Assembly: GCA_044345375.1 (NCBI GenBank)
Contig: JBIJBF010000005.1
Coordinates: 19,932-83,931 of the forward strand
From: Alphaproteobacteria bacterium
GTDB taxonomy: Bacteria > Pseudomonadota > Alphaproteobacteria > CAISOG01
DNA length: 64,000 nucleotides
Direction of reading: 5' to 3'
Below the pieces are notes generated by a model that saw nothing but the letters and a program-made list of their open reading frames with translations, was not told where the DNA came from and made no database searches. Numbering within the stretch: the stretch's first letter is position 1; every line of letters starts with the position of its first letter. The translations under genes and the position numbers were made by a program. Of this stretch, positions 1-7,771 are shown one piece after another.

Positions 1-1
1 A

Positions 2-220
2 GGTGCTTTGGATGTGCGGAGCCGGAATATGAAACTGATTGATGATACCTTCGCGACGTCCCAAGATCCCTACAGCACCTTTAAAAGTTTCTATGAGCAG
101 CGGCGAGCCAGCATGATTGACGAAAATGTTGGCGATGCGGCTTGGGATCAGTTTCAGGAGGATGATGCGGGGTCGGTATCAACGCCCTCTGCCTCTCAAC
201 CACAAAAGTCTCCACGATAG
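2..220 (+). CDS. 3' end of a CDS entering from upstream of the window (acidic, low-complexity C-terminus); possibly a MlaA/VacJ-like lipoprotein given the mlaC neighbour
   Basis: Frame is open from the first base of the window to TAG at 218-220. No recognisable domain in the 70 visible residues. The MlaA idea rests on context only. Confidence 0.3.
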   Translation, partial: GALDVRSRNMKLIDDTFATSQDPYSTFKSFYEQRRASMIDENVGDAAWDQFQEDDAGSVSTPSASQPQKSPR

Positions 221-222
221 AG

Positions 223-936
223 TTGGTCGAAATGAAAAAATTGTTGCCGCTTTTTGGGGGTGTCGCCGCTGTTGTGGCCGCCGTTCACCCTGTAACCAGC
301 CATGCTGAGACGGTCAAAGCGGCAGCTGCGCCAACCACTGCGGCAACGGTTGCGGCGGGTGGATCGGCGGGCGCTGCGGCCAAAACGGTGGCCAGCAATT
401 CGCCTGAGGCGTTTGTGGATAGCCTTAGCCAACGGGCGATTTCGTCCCTAACCGATCCCAAATTAAGCGAGACGGAGCGGGAGGCGCGCTTTCGGGTGTT
501 GTTTTTGCAATCTTTTGACGATCTCACCATCGCCCGTTTTGTGCTTGGCCCCTATTGGCGCAGCGCGACTGAGGCGCAGCGTGGGGCGTTTCGCGATTTG
601 TTCCGTGAGATTTTGGTGCGCACCTACGCCCGCCGTTTTTCCGGCTATAACGGCGAAAAATTGGTGGTGCAGGAAAGCCAAGTTTTGCCGCAAGAAAACA
701 AGATTGTGGTGAAAACCGTTTTAAACCGTGCCCCAGAGCCAGCGGTGGCGGTGGATTGGCGCTTGAAAAAGTCCGAAGACGGGCAATATCATGTGATCGA
801 TCTGGTGGTTGAGGGGGTCAGCATGAGCGTAACCCAACGCAACGAGTATCTCTCGCTAATCCAACGCGGTGGCGGCAGCATGGACAACCTGATCACGCTG
901 TTGCAGCAAAGGCTAAGCCAACCTGCCAGTGAATAA
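223..936 (+). CDS. mlaC: Phospholipid-binding periplasmic protein MlaC (Ttg2D/toluene-tolerance family)
   Basis: Signal peptide (KKLLPLFGGVAAVVAAVHPVTSHA) followed by an MlaC-like core (FVLGPYWRSATEAQRGAFRDLFREILVRTYARRF...). An alternative start at the second ATG (232) is possible. Confidence 0.7.
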   Translation: MVEMKKLLPLFGGVAAVVAAVHPVTSHAETVKAAAAPTTAATVAAGGSAGAAAKTVASNSPEAFVDSLSQRAISSLTDPKLSETEREARFRVLFLQSFDDLTIARFVLGPYWRSATEAQRGAFRDLFREILVRTYARRFSGYNGEKLVVQESQVLPQENKIVVKTVLNRAPEPAVAVDWRLKKSEDGQYHVIDLVVEGVSMSVTQRNEYLSLIQRGGGSMDNLITLLQQRLSQPASE

Positions 937-968
937 TTGTTAACCCTTAAGGATGGAGTGCTGCTTGC

Positions 969-1466
969 ATGGAACCTGATGTAATCCCAACCCCCGATCT
1001 AATCCCTGATGCCGCTAATGCGGCGCAGGCCTTGGCCGATGTGTATGTACCTGGAGCAGATTGGTTGACGTTGTTAATCTATCCCAGCCTGATCACCATT
1101 TTGGCGCTTGGCCTGTATTTTGTGGTCACGGTGAACGTCGGGCGGGCGCGCAGAAAATTTAAGGTGCCGGCACCGCAGACCACTGGTAACCCTGATTTTG
1201 AAAGGTTTTTCAGGGTGCAGCAAAACACCTTGGAGCAGTTGGTGGGGTTTTTGCCGGCGCTTTGGCTGGCCAGTTTGTACGTATCGATTAAGGTGGCCAG
1301 CGCGTTAGGGCTGGTGTGGATTGCCGGCCGGTTGCTCTACGCCAACGGCTATTACCGCGCCGCGGAAAAACGTGGCCGTGGTTTTGTTATCAGCGTCGTG
1401 GCCAGTGGGTTGTTGATGATTCTGGCGTTGGTAGGAGTTGTGTCGCGTTTAGCCATCGGCTACTAG
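969..1466 (+). CDS. MAPEG-family membrane protein (MGST-like)
   Basis: 165 aa with 3-4 hydrophobic helices. The FLPALWLASLY and GRLLYANGYY..AEKR segments are typical of MAPEG proteins. Confidence 0.55.
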   Translation: MEPDVIPTPDLIPDAANAAQALADVYVPGADWLTLLIYPSLITILALGLYFVVTVNVGRARRKFKVPAPQTTGNPDFERFFRVQQNTLEQLVGFLPALWLASLYVSIKVASALGLVWIAGRLLYANGYYRAAEKRGRGFVISVVASGLLMILALVGVVSRLAIGY

Positions 1467-1474
1467 GGCGCTCT

Positions 1475-1942
1475 CTAGGGATTGGCCGATTTCGGCTTCA
1501 CAAATTTGCCGATATTGCCGAACAGCTGTTGGAAGATCGGCGGCTTTTCATCGATCGCCTTAATCTTGCGGTTGCTGGCCTCCACCGCATCGGCCTGCTG
1601 TGGGGTCTGCTCGGTCAGCGTGTTCACCACCCCTGCCTCATCAAACGAAATCGTCACAACCCGCGCCTCAGTCGTTTCGGGCTTAAGAAAGGCGGTGTAG
1701 CGTTGGGTGGTGGTGGCATAATACCAGGTGTTGGTATAGGGCGATTGATAGCTGGGGCTGCCCAGCAGCGATTCCACCTCAGTCTTCGGGGTTTGCCCCA
1801 CCACGATACGGCTTAGTTTTTCCGCCTCAACCTTATTGCCGCGTTGCTGCATATTGGGGCTGCAGGCGGCCAAGCCAAGCAGCAGCAGGGTTAGACTTGC
1901 CGAATGGAACCCAGATTTGATAAGCTTGCGGGGAACTTGCAT
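1475..1942 (-). CDS. bamE: Outer-membrane protein assembly factor BamE (SmpA/OmlA lipoprotein)
   Basis: Internal ATG at 1942 gives MQVPRKL...LLLLGLAACS lipobox, then an SmpA/OmlA-like core (VVGQTPKTEVESLLGSPSYQSPYTNTWYY...). An AAGGA Shine-Dalgarno lies about 10 nt upstream. The longer ORF reaching 2008 would run into pdxH and is unlikely. Confidence 0.7.
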   Translation of the reverse strand: MQVPRKLIKSGFHSASLTLLLLGLAACSPNMQQRGNKVEAEKLSRIVVGQTPKTEVESLLGSPSYQSPYTNTWYYATTTQRYTAFLKPETTEARVVTISFDEAGVVNTLTEQTPQQADAVEASNRKIKAIDEKPPIFQQLFGNIGKFVKPKSANP

Positions 1943-2029
1943 GATAAAAAATCCTTTGGTTTTTCGGTCGTTCGCGTTTTCAGGGGCGGCCAGTTGCAAC
2001 CCAACCATTCAACAGGGCGACAGCTTAAC

Positions 2030-2629
2030 ATGAATCCATTTGGAAATTCTACCGATCCTTACCCGCTTTTTAAAGAGTGGTATGAATTGGCGGCGGCGGC
2101 TGAGCCGGTGTTCCCTGAGGCCGTGACCCTGGCCACCATCGGGCTTGATGGCCGCCCTGCAGCGCGGGTGGTGTTGCTGCGCGGTTATGACGCCACCGGG
2201 CTAACCTTTTTTACCAACAGCACCAGCGATAAGGGGCAGGAATTGGCAAAAACGCCCCATGCCAGCCTGTTGTTTTATTGGCGCCAGCCGATCAGCCGGC
2301 AAATTCGGATAACGGGCAGGGTGCAGGTGGCCGAACCGGCGGTTTCTGATCAGTATTTTGCGGGGCGCCCACGTGACAGCCAAATCGGCGCCTGGGCCAG
2401 CTTGCAATCCAGCCCGATGGCCAGCCGCCAGTTGTTTGAGGATCGCATTGCGCACTACACGCAGCAGTTTGCTGGCCAAGCGGTGCCGCGCCCGCCCCAT
2501 TGGCACGGCTATCACCTGACCCCCGATCGTTATGAATTTTGGCAGGAGCGCCCCGCACGGCTGCATGACCGCTTGTTGTTCACCCACGATGATACAGCGA
2601 CATGGCAGCAGCAGTTGTTGTATCCCTAA
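2030..2629 (+). CDS. pdxH: Pyridoxamine 5'-phosphate oxidase
   Basis: PdxH-like sequence from the internal ATG at 2030 (MNPFGNSTDPYPLFKEWYELA...LLRGYDATGLTFFTNSTSDKGQEL...FWQERPARLHDRLLF). Confidence 0.85.
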   Translation: MNPFGNSTDPYPLFKEWYELAAAAEPVFPEAVTLATIGLDGRPAARVVLLRGYDATGLTFFTNSTSDKGQELAKTPHASLLFYWRQPISRQIRITGRVQVAEPAVSDQYFAGRPRDSQIGAWASLQSSPMASRQLFEDRIAHYTQQFAGQAVPRPPHWHGYHLTPDRYEFWQERPARLHDRLLFTHDDTATWQQQLLYP

Positions 2630-2712
2630 AAATTTGTCATGCCAAGTTCGCAAAGCTTTGTTAGGATGCAGTTTGCTTTGGCAGTTTTGTATCAACGTGG
2701 AGACTTTTAAAA

Positions 2713-3300
2713 ATGCAGGTGATTGTAACAGGGAAACAGGTGCAAATTCGTGAAACGCTGCGCCAGCGTATTGCGGAGGAGGTGCAGCAAGTGGTGGGCA
2801 AATATTTTAGCCGGCCGTTGGAATCGCATGTGACGCTGGCCAAGGATGGCCGGTTGTTTCGCAGCGATCTGACCCTGCATCTTGGGCCCCATTTGTTTAT
2901 CAAAAGCAGCGCCAATGATGATCGGGTGCTGGGTGCCTTTACCCTGGCCTTGGAAAAGGCCGATAGCCGTCTTCGTCGTTATAAGGGGCGGCTGAACGAT
3001 CATCACGCCAACAAGGCGCCGCATGATGAGGTTCCTGAAATCTTAAGCCAGCTAACCAAAAATCTGGGGGAGAGCGGGGCGGCCACCAACGATGCGCCCA
3101 ACCATGCGGCGATTGTGGCTGAGCCGAACGATCCGCTGGCCACCTTGACCGTGGCGGATGCATCGATGCGGCTGGAGTTGGAGGATTTGCCGATTTTCCT
3201 GTTCAACAACAGCGCCAATGGCAAGCTGAACGTGGTGTACCGCCGCAATGATGGGCATATTGGTTGGTTTGATCCGGTTAGCAAGGCGGCCGCTGGTTAA
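2713..3300 (+). CDS. hpf: Ribosome hibernation promoting factor, long form (sigma-54 modulation protein family)
   Basis: MQVIVTGKQVQIRETLRQRIAEEV...SHVTLAKDGRLFRSDLTLHL is a typical HPF/RaiA N-domain, followed by a C-terminal extension. GGAGA Shine-Dalgarno upstream. Confidence 0.8.
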   Translation: MQVIVTGKQVQIRETLRQRIAEEVQQVVGKYFSRPLESHVTLAKDGRLFRSDLTLHLGPHLFIKSSANDDRVLGAFTLALEKADSRLRRYKGRLNDHHANKAPHDEVPEILSQLTKNLGESGAATNDAPNHAAIVAEPNDPLATLTVADASMRLELEDLPIFLFNNSANGKLNVVYRRNDGHIGWFDPVSKAAAG

Positions 3301-4430
3301 AACGGGTCGCGCCTAAGGCGGCTGCCGGCTGGCGGTGGGGTGGGGGCACCGGCGCCCCGCACCTTGCCCTTAAGACGCAGGATATAGCCGATGATTTCGG
3401 CCACCGCCTGGTAATGCTCGGTGGGGATTTCCGCGTCCAGCTCAACGTCCTTATGCAGCGCCCTGGCCAGCGGCGGGTTTTCCAAGATTGGCACCTGGTT
3501 TTCAAAGGCCAGCTGCCGAATCCGCTTGGCCACCTCATCCATCCCCTTGGCCACCAAAATCGGCGCGTTCATCTTGTCGATTTCAAATTTCAGGGCAACG
3601 GCGTAGTGGGTGGGGTTGGTGATGACGACGGTGGATTTTGGCACGGCGGCCATCATCCGTTTTTTGGCGCGTTCCCGCCGAATTTGCTTAAGGCGCGCCT
3701 TGACCATCGGGTCGCCCTCAGCATTGCGCATCTCATCCTTCACTTCCTGAAGGGTCATCCGTTGCCCCTTCATAAAGCTGTAGCGCTGGTAGAGATAGTC
3801 GGCGATCGCCAACAGCGCGGTGGCTAGGCCCAGCGCAAACATCAGGCGGCCAGCCATTTGCAGCAACAGCTGCGTCGATTCGGCAATCTCCATGGTGATC
3901 AGATTTTCCAAATGTTGGATCCGTGGCCAAACCACCATGAAGGCCAGCGTGCCAACCAGCGTGATTTTGATCAAGTTTTTGACAAATTCGACCACCGATT
4001 TCATGCCAAAGATGCGCTTAAAACCGGTCAGTGGGGAGAGTTTGGACAGCTTGGGCTTCAGCGATTCAGCCGACCAAACAAAACCGTGCTGCACGATATG
4101 GGCGGCCAGGGCCACCACCAACAGCAGCCCCATGGTGGGCAGAATCGCGACCAAAAAGGCGGCCAGCATGGGGCTCATCGCGTTGGCCAAGTTTTGGCTG
4201 TCAAGCGTCACACGACCCGCCTGTTCCAAATAATGTTGCATCGACCGGAACATCGAACTGGTGGTCAGCGGCAACACCACGCTTAGCGCGAAAAAGCTGG
4301 CCAGCAGCATCATGGCGTTGATCAGCTCCTTGCTGGTAACCACCTGCCCATGTTTGCGCGCCTCATCCAACTTATGCTGGCTGGGTTCCTCAGTCTTCTG
4401 ATCCTGGTCTTGGTCTTCGGCCAAATCCAC
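3297..4430 (-). CDS. flhB: Flagellar export apparatus protein FlhB
   Basis: Acidic N-terminus (EKTEEPSQHKLDEARKHGQV), four transmembrane helices and an NPTHYAVAL autocleavage-type motif. Confidence 0.9.
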   Translation of the reverse strand: MDLAEDQDQDQKTEEPSQHKLDEARKHGQVVTSKELINAMMLLASFFALSVVLPLTTSSMFRSMQHYLEQAGRVTLDSQNLANAMSPMLAAFLVAILPTMGLLLVVALAAHIVQHGFVWSAESLKPKLSKLSPLTGFKRIFGMKSVVEFVKNLIKITLVGTLAFMVVWPRIQHLENLITMEIAESTQLLLQMAGRLMFALGLATALLAIADYLYQRYSFMKGQRMTLQEVKDEMRNAEGDPMVKARLKQIRRERAKKRMMAAVPKSTVVITNPTHYAVALKFEIDKMNAPILVAKGMDEVAKRIRQLAFENQVPILENPPLARALHKDVELDAEIPTEHYQAVAEIIGYILRLKGKVRGAGAPTPPPAGSRLRRDPF

Positions 4431-4438
4431 CTCCTAAT

Positions 4439-5212
4439 TTAATTGGGTCGCAGCAGCACCGAAAAGCTGTTGTCGTAACTTTGCAAAAACCACGCCATCA
4501 TGGTGGGCAGGGCGATGGCCAGCAGCAGAAAGCCAAAGCCGACCACGGCGGGGGTGGCCAGAAAAAACACCTGCAGGCTGGGCACCAACTTGCCGATCAG
4601 GCCGAAAGACAGGTTGATCATGATGCCGACCACCATAAATGGCACGGTCAGCTGCACCGCCAATTTAAAGCTGTAGCCCACCAGACGGGTGATCACCTCA
4701 GACAGATCGCCGGCCGCTGGCATCACCATGGGGGGAAAGGTGGCGTAGCTGCCGGCCAATATCCGCAGCATGCTGTGGTGCATGTCGGCGGCAAACAGCA
4801 CCGTCAGCCCAACCAGCCCCAAGAAGTTGGCCACCGCGCTGCTTTGGGTCGACATCGCCAAGTTGTAGCCAAAAATATTGCTGAGGTTGATCGAAAAGGC
4901 GATCATCGTGCCGGCCATGTCCAGCGCGGACACCATCAGGCGGCTGATGATGCCGATCAACACCCCCACCATCACCTCCCCCCCAATATGACGCAGCATG
5001 GTGCCGACTTGGGCAGGCGGCTGGGGCATATTGGTGCCCACCAAGGGCAGCAGGATCAGGCTAAGCAGCACCGCAAACAGCAGGCGGATTCGGGTGGGCA
5101 CAAAGCTTTCGCCAAAGCCGGCCATCAGCATCAGCGCGCCGCCGATGCGCACCAAAATCAGCAGCAGGGCGTAGAGATTGCCGCTGATCAGCTGGTCAAG
5201 CGACAGCTGCAT
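4439..5212 (-). CDS. fliR: Flagellar export apparatus protein FliR
   Basis: 257 aa polytopic membrane protein lying between fliQ and flhB, with FliR-like sequence. Confidence 0.85.
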   Translation of the reverse strand: MQLSLDQLISGNLYALLLILVRIGGALMLMAGFGESFVPTRIRLLFAVLLSLILLPLVGTNMPQPPAQVGTMLRHIGGEVMVGVLIGIISRLMVSALDMAGTMIAFSINLSNIFGYNLAMSTQSSAVANFLGLVGLTVLFAADMHHSMLRILAGSYATFPPMVMPAAGDLSEVITRLVGYSFKLAVQLTVPFMVVGIMINLSFGLIGKLVPSLQVFFLATPAVVGFGFLLLAIALPTMMAWFLQSYDNSFSVLLRPN

Positions 5213-5213
5213 G

Positions 5214-5498
5214 TCAGGAATCGCCCCGACCGGTGCCGATCATGATGATGCGATCGTGCAGCTGTTCGGTAAAGCCGCGCAACTGCTCATACATAAAGGG
5301 CGCCAACACAAACAGCGCGGCAAACACCAACAGAATCTTGGGCACAAAGGCCAGCGTTTGTTCCTGCATTTGGGTTAACGCCTGAAACAGGGAGATGGCA
5401 AAGCCAATCACCAGGGCGATCAGCATGATCGGCGCGCTGATGGTCATCAACACCACCAAGGCCTGACGGGCAGATTCAAAAACCGCAGAATTTTCCAT
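5214..5498 (-). CDS. fliQ: Flagellar export apparatus protein FliQ
   Basis: ~90 aa two-helix membrane protein. MENSAV..ARQALVVLMTISAPIMLIALVIGFAISLFQALTQMQEQTLAFVPKILLV is a FliQ signature. Confidence 0.9.
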   Translation of the reverse strand: MENSAVFESARQALVVLMTISAPIMLIALVIGFAISLFQALTQMQEQTLAFVPKILLVFAALFVLAPFMYEQLRGFTEQLHDRIIMIGTGRGDS

Positions 5499-5561
5499 GC
5501 CTAGCGCGACCCCCGTTTTGCATTGCGCCCATCTTAACAGCTTTAGGTTAGCAAAGGCACC

Positions 5562-5688
5562 CTAGAGCATTTTCCATTTAGCCCTACACGTCGTCAGACT
5601 GCGGACTCACCGTGCTCACGTATGTAGTATACGCTCCGCGCGCTTCCCCTTGCCTTCCTAGTGTAGAACTAAAGCGAAAACGCTCTAG
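5562..5688. repeat. Family-B MITE-like repeat, copy 1 (~127 bp with 11-bp terminal inverted repeats AGAGCATTTTC/GAAAACGCTCT)
   Basis: About 90% identical to the copies at 32625-32749 and 40423-40550. Intergenic between fliQ and the amidinotransferase gene. Confidence 0.8.
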
Positions 5689-5705
5689 TTGATGCATTTG
5701 GGCCG

Positions 5706-6581
5706 TCAATCCGTCAATTTTAATGTCAAACAACGGCTGGCACCGCCCGCCATCAAAAAGCTGTCCAGCGGCAATTCATGCAGGGTGAAGCCCAGGTTCT
5801 GCAGGGCGGCGCGCAGGGTATTGGTGATAATCGGCATGACGATGTCTTGGCCGTGCACCACCGCGTTGCAGGCAAAGGCAGCGGCGGCCTGATCATCCAC
5901 CAACAACAGCTTGTCGCCATAAATATCTTTCAGGGTGTCTAGACCCTGTTCATTAAAGGCCAGTGGCGTTGCCATGGCGTAACCGTTTAGCAGCGGGCAG
6001 AAACAGGTGTCCAGATGGTAAAAACGTTCATCCACCAGTTGCAACGGCACCACCCGTTTTTGAAACAGCCCCTGAATCTCCATCGCGGCGGGCAGCTGGC
6101 TGCGGAAGCCATGGCCCAGGAAAATCAGGTCTACGGCAGGGTCATACAGCGCATCGCCGCCGCCCTCAAACATTTCCTGCGTCTGTACCACGCGAAAGCC
6201 CTGCTCAGCAAACCATGTTGCGGCCAAGGGGGATTCGCCCGTCCGTTCTTTGCTGGCAAAGCGGGCGATCAACGCGGTTTTGCCCAACACAAAGGCATGG
6301 TTGGCGGTAAACACCATGTCGGGCAGACCCTTGGCCGGCGCAATCTGTTGGATGCCCCAGCCCAAATCCTGCATGGTGCCTCGCAACGCCGACCATTGCT
6401 GCTGCGCCTTTTTGTGCAACGCCTCAGCATCTTGTGCCCACTCAGCGGGGCGCATCCACGGGTTGATGATATAGCTGACCTCAAAAAAATCCGGCGCGCA
6501 GATCAAATAGTTTGGGGGCAAATTGTCGTGAGCGGGTTGTGCGATGGTCATGATGTGTGTAACCCCAAGGTGGTCGGTCAT
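5706..6581 (-). CDS. Amidinotransferase-superfamily hydrolase (dimethylarginine dimethylaminohydrolase / arginine deiminase-like)
   Basis: Pentein-fold hallmarks and a C-terminal catalytic Cys motif (MAGGASRCLTL). Length matches the DDAH/citrulline-utilisation hydrolase size class. Confidence 0.6.
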   Translation of the reverse strand: MTDHLGVTHIMTIAQPAHDNLPPNYLICAPDFFEVSYIINPWMRPAEWAQDAEALHKKAQQQWSALRGTMQDLGWGIQQIAPAKGLPDMVFTANHAFVLGKTALIARFASKERTGESPLAATWFAEQGFRVVQTQEMFEGGGDALYDPAVDLIFLGHGFRSQLPAAMEIQGLFQKRVVPLQLVDERFYHLDTCFCPLLNGYAMATPLAFNEQGLDTLKDIYGDKLLLVDDQAAAAFACNAVVHGQDIVMPIITNTLRAALQNLGFTLHELPLDSFLMAGGASRCLTLKLTD

Positions 6582-6656
6582 GGTAAGCTTATGGCCCCAT
6601 GTTTAAGCAGTTTGCCGCGTTTGGCAAGTGGGGGTGAAGCTCACTTGTTCCCTTCC

Positions 6657-6828
6657 TTACTTATTCCCCTCTTGCGGAGGGGTGCCCGAAGGGCGGGGTG
6701 GTTCTTTGTGTCAGCAAAAATGCAGAAAAGGACGGTTTGATGGCCAATTTTCATCATATTATCAGTCAGATAAGAACCACCCCGTCAGGCTTCGCCTGCC
6801 ACCCCTCCGCAAGAGGAGGGGAATAAGT
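6657..6828. repeat. Family-A MITE-like repeat, copy 1: full form with two hairpin-containing arms and a ~70 bp core
   Basis: Arm A (TTATTCCCCTCTTGCGGAGGGGTGCCCGAAGGGCGGGGTGGTTC) at 6661-6704 and arm A' (GAACCACCCCGTCAGGCTTCGCCTGCCACCCCTCCGCAAGAGGAGGGGAATAAG) at 6774-6827. The core (TTTGTGTCAGCAAAAATGCAG...) is shared with the 47066 copy. Confidence 0.8.
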
Positions 6829-6882
6829 CAAGCATTCCTCGCAACCATTCTCTATTATGCGTTGCGTGCAACTCGTCTGTAT

Positions 6883-7659
6883 TTAAGCGTTGCGTGCAAC
6901 GCGGGCAACGGTCAGTACCCGCACTTCGGCGGCGCCGGCGCGGAGTAGGGTGGTGGTGCAGGCGGTGGCGGTGGCGCCGGTGGTTAGCACATCGTCGATC
7001 AGCACCACTTTGGCACCGTTCAGCAGGGCTTTGGCGGACGGCTTGACCACAAAGGCGTGGGCGACGTTGCGCTGGCGTTCCCCCTGATGCAGCCCCCCCT
7101 GGCTAGGCGTGGATTTGCGCCGCAACAGCCAGCCGTGGCGGGTGGGCACCTGGCTTAGCCGGCTTAGATCCTTGGCCAACTCCGCCGCCTGGTTGTAGCG
7201 CCGTTGCCATTGCCGCCGCCAATGCAGCGGTACGGGCAGCAGGAAATCGGCATCTTGCAACACATCCGCCCCCGCCTGCCACAACAGCCGTGCCAGCCAT
7301 GGGCTGTAATCCAGCCGATCGCCATGTTTGAACGCCAGAAGATGCGGGGCGCTGTGCGCATCATACAGCCAGGCGGCACGGGCGGCGGTAAAGGGCGGTG
7401 GATCGCTAAGGCATTGGCCGCAGAGCAACGGTTCCCCATCCCCCGCTGCGGCCGCCAGCTCAGCCGCCAACGGCAGGGCGCAACGGCTGCAGGCCAGGGT
7501 CAGCAGGGTTAGATGCTGCCAACAGCTGGGGCACAGGGCGTTGTCCTGCAGCATTTGCGTGCGGCAGTTTAGGCAGCGTGGCGGCAGCAGAAAATCGCGT
7601 AAGGCGGCCACGGCCTTGCGGATGGGCTGAACAACGGTGGATTTTATGGCGGTGTGCAT
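6883..7659 (-). CDS. comF: ComF-family protein (double zinc ribbon plus phosphoribosyltransferase domain)
   Basis: CxxC...CxxC zinc-ribbon N-terminus (PPRCLNCRTQ...CPSCW) and a C-terminal PRTase motif (VVLIDDVLTTGATA). Start placed at the internal ATG (7659); the long ORF runs to 7755. Confidence 0.65.
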   Translation of the reverse strand: MHTAIKSTVVQPIRKAVAALRDFLLPPRCLNCRTQMLQDNALCPSCWQHLTLLTLACSRCALPLAAELAAAAGDGEPLLCGQCLSDPPPFTAARAAWLYDAHSAPHLLAFKHGDRLDYSPWLARLLWQAGADVLQDADFLLPVPLHWRRQWQRRYNQAAELAKDLSRLSQVPTRHGWLLRRKSTPSQGGLHQGERQRNVAHAFVVKPSAKALLNGAKVVLIDDVLTTGATATACTTTLLRAGAAEVRVLTVARVARNA

Positions 7660-7771
7660 GGTTGCCAGCTTAAATCCATGCCACCAGCTGAACAAGTTTC
7701 TTGCGACACCTGTGGTGTTTGTGGTTGGATCGGGTTTCAAATCATCGATCATCACATTAAGGAAATTGGTT

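Noticed and set aside
4481-5245. 254-aa His/Gln/Gly-rich ORF on the + strand
   Set aside because: It lies entirely antisense within fliR and has low-complexity composition typical of a GC-rich shadow frame. No Shine-Dalgarno or domain features.
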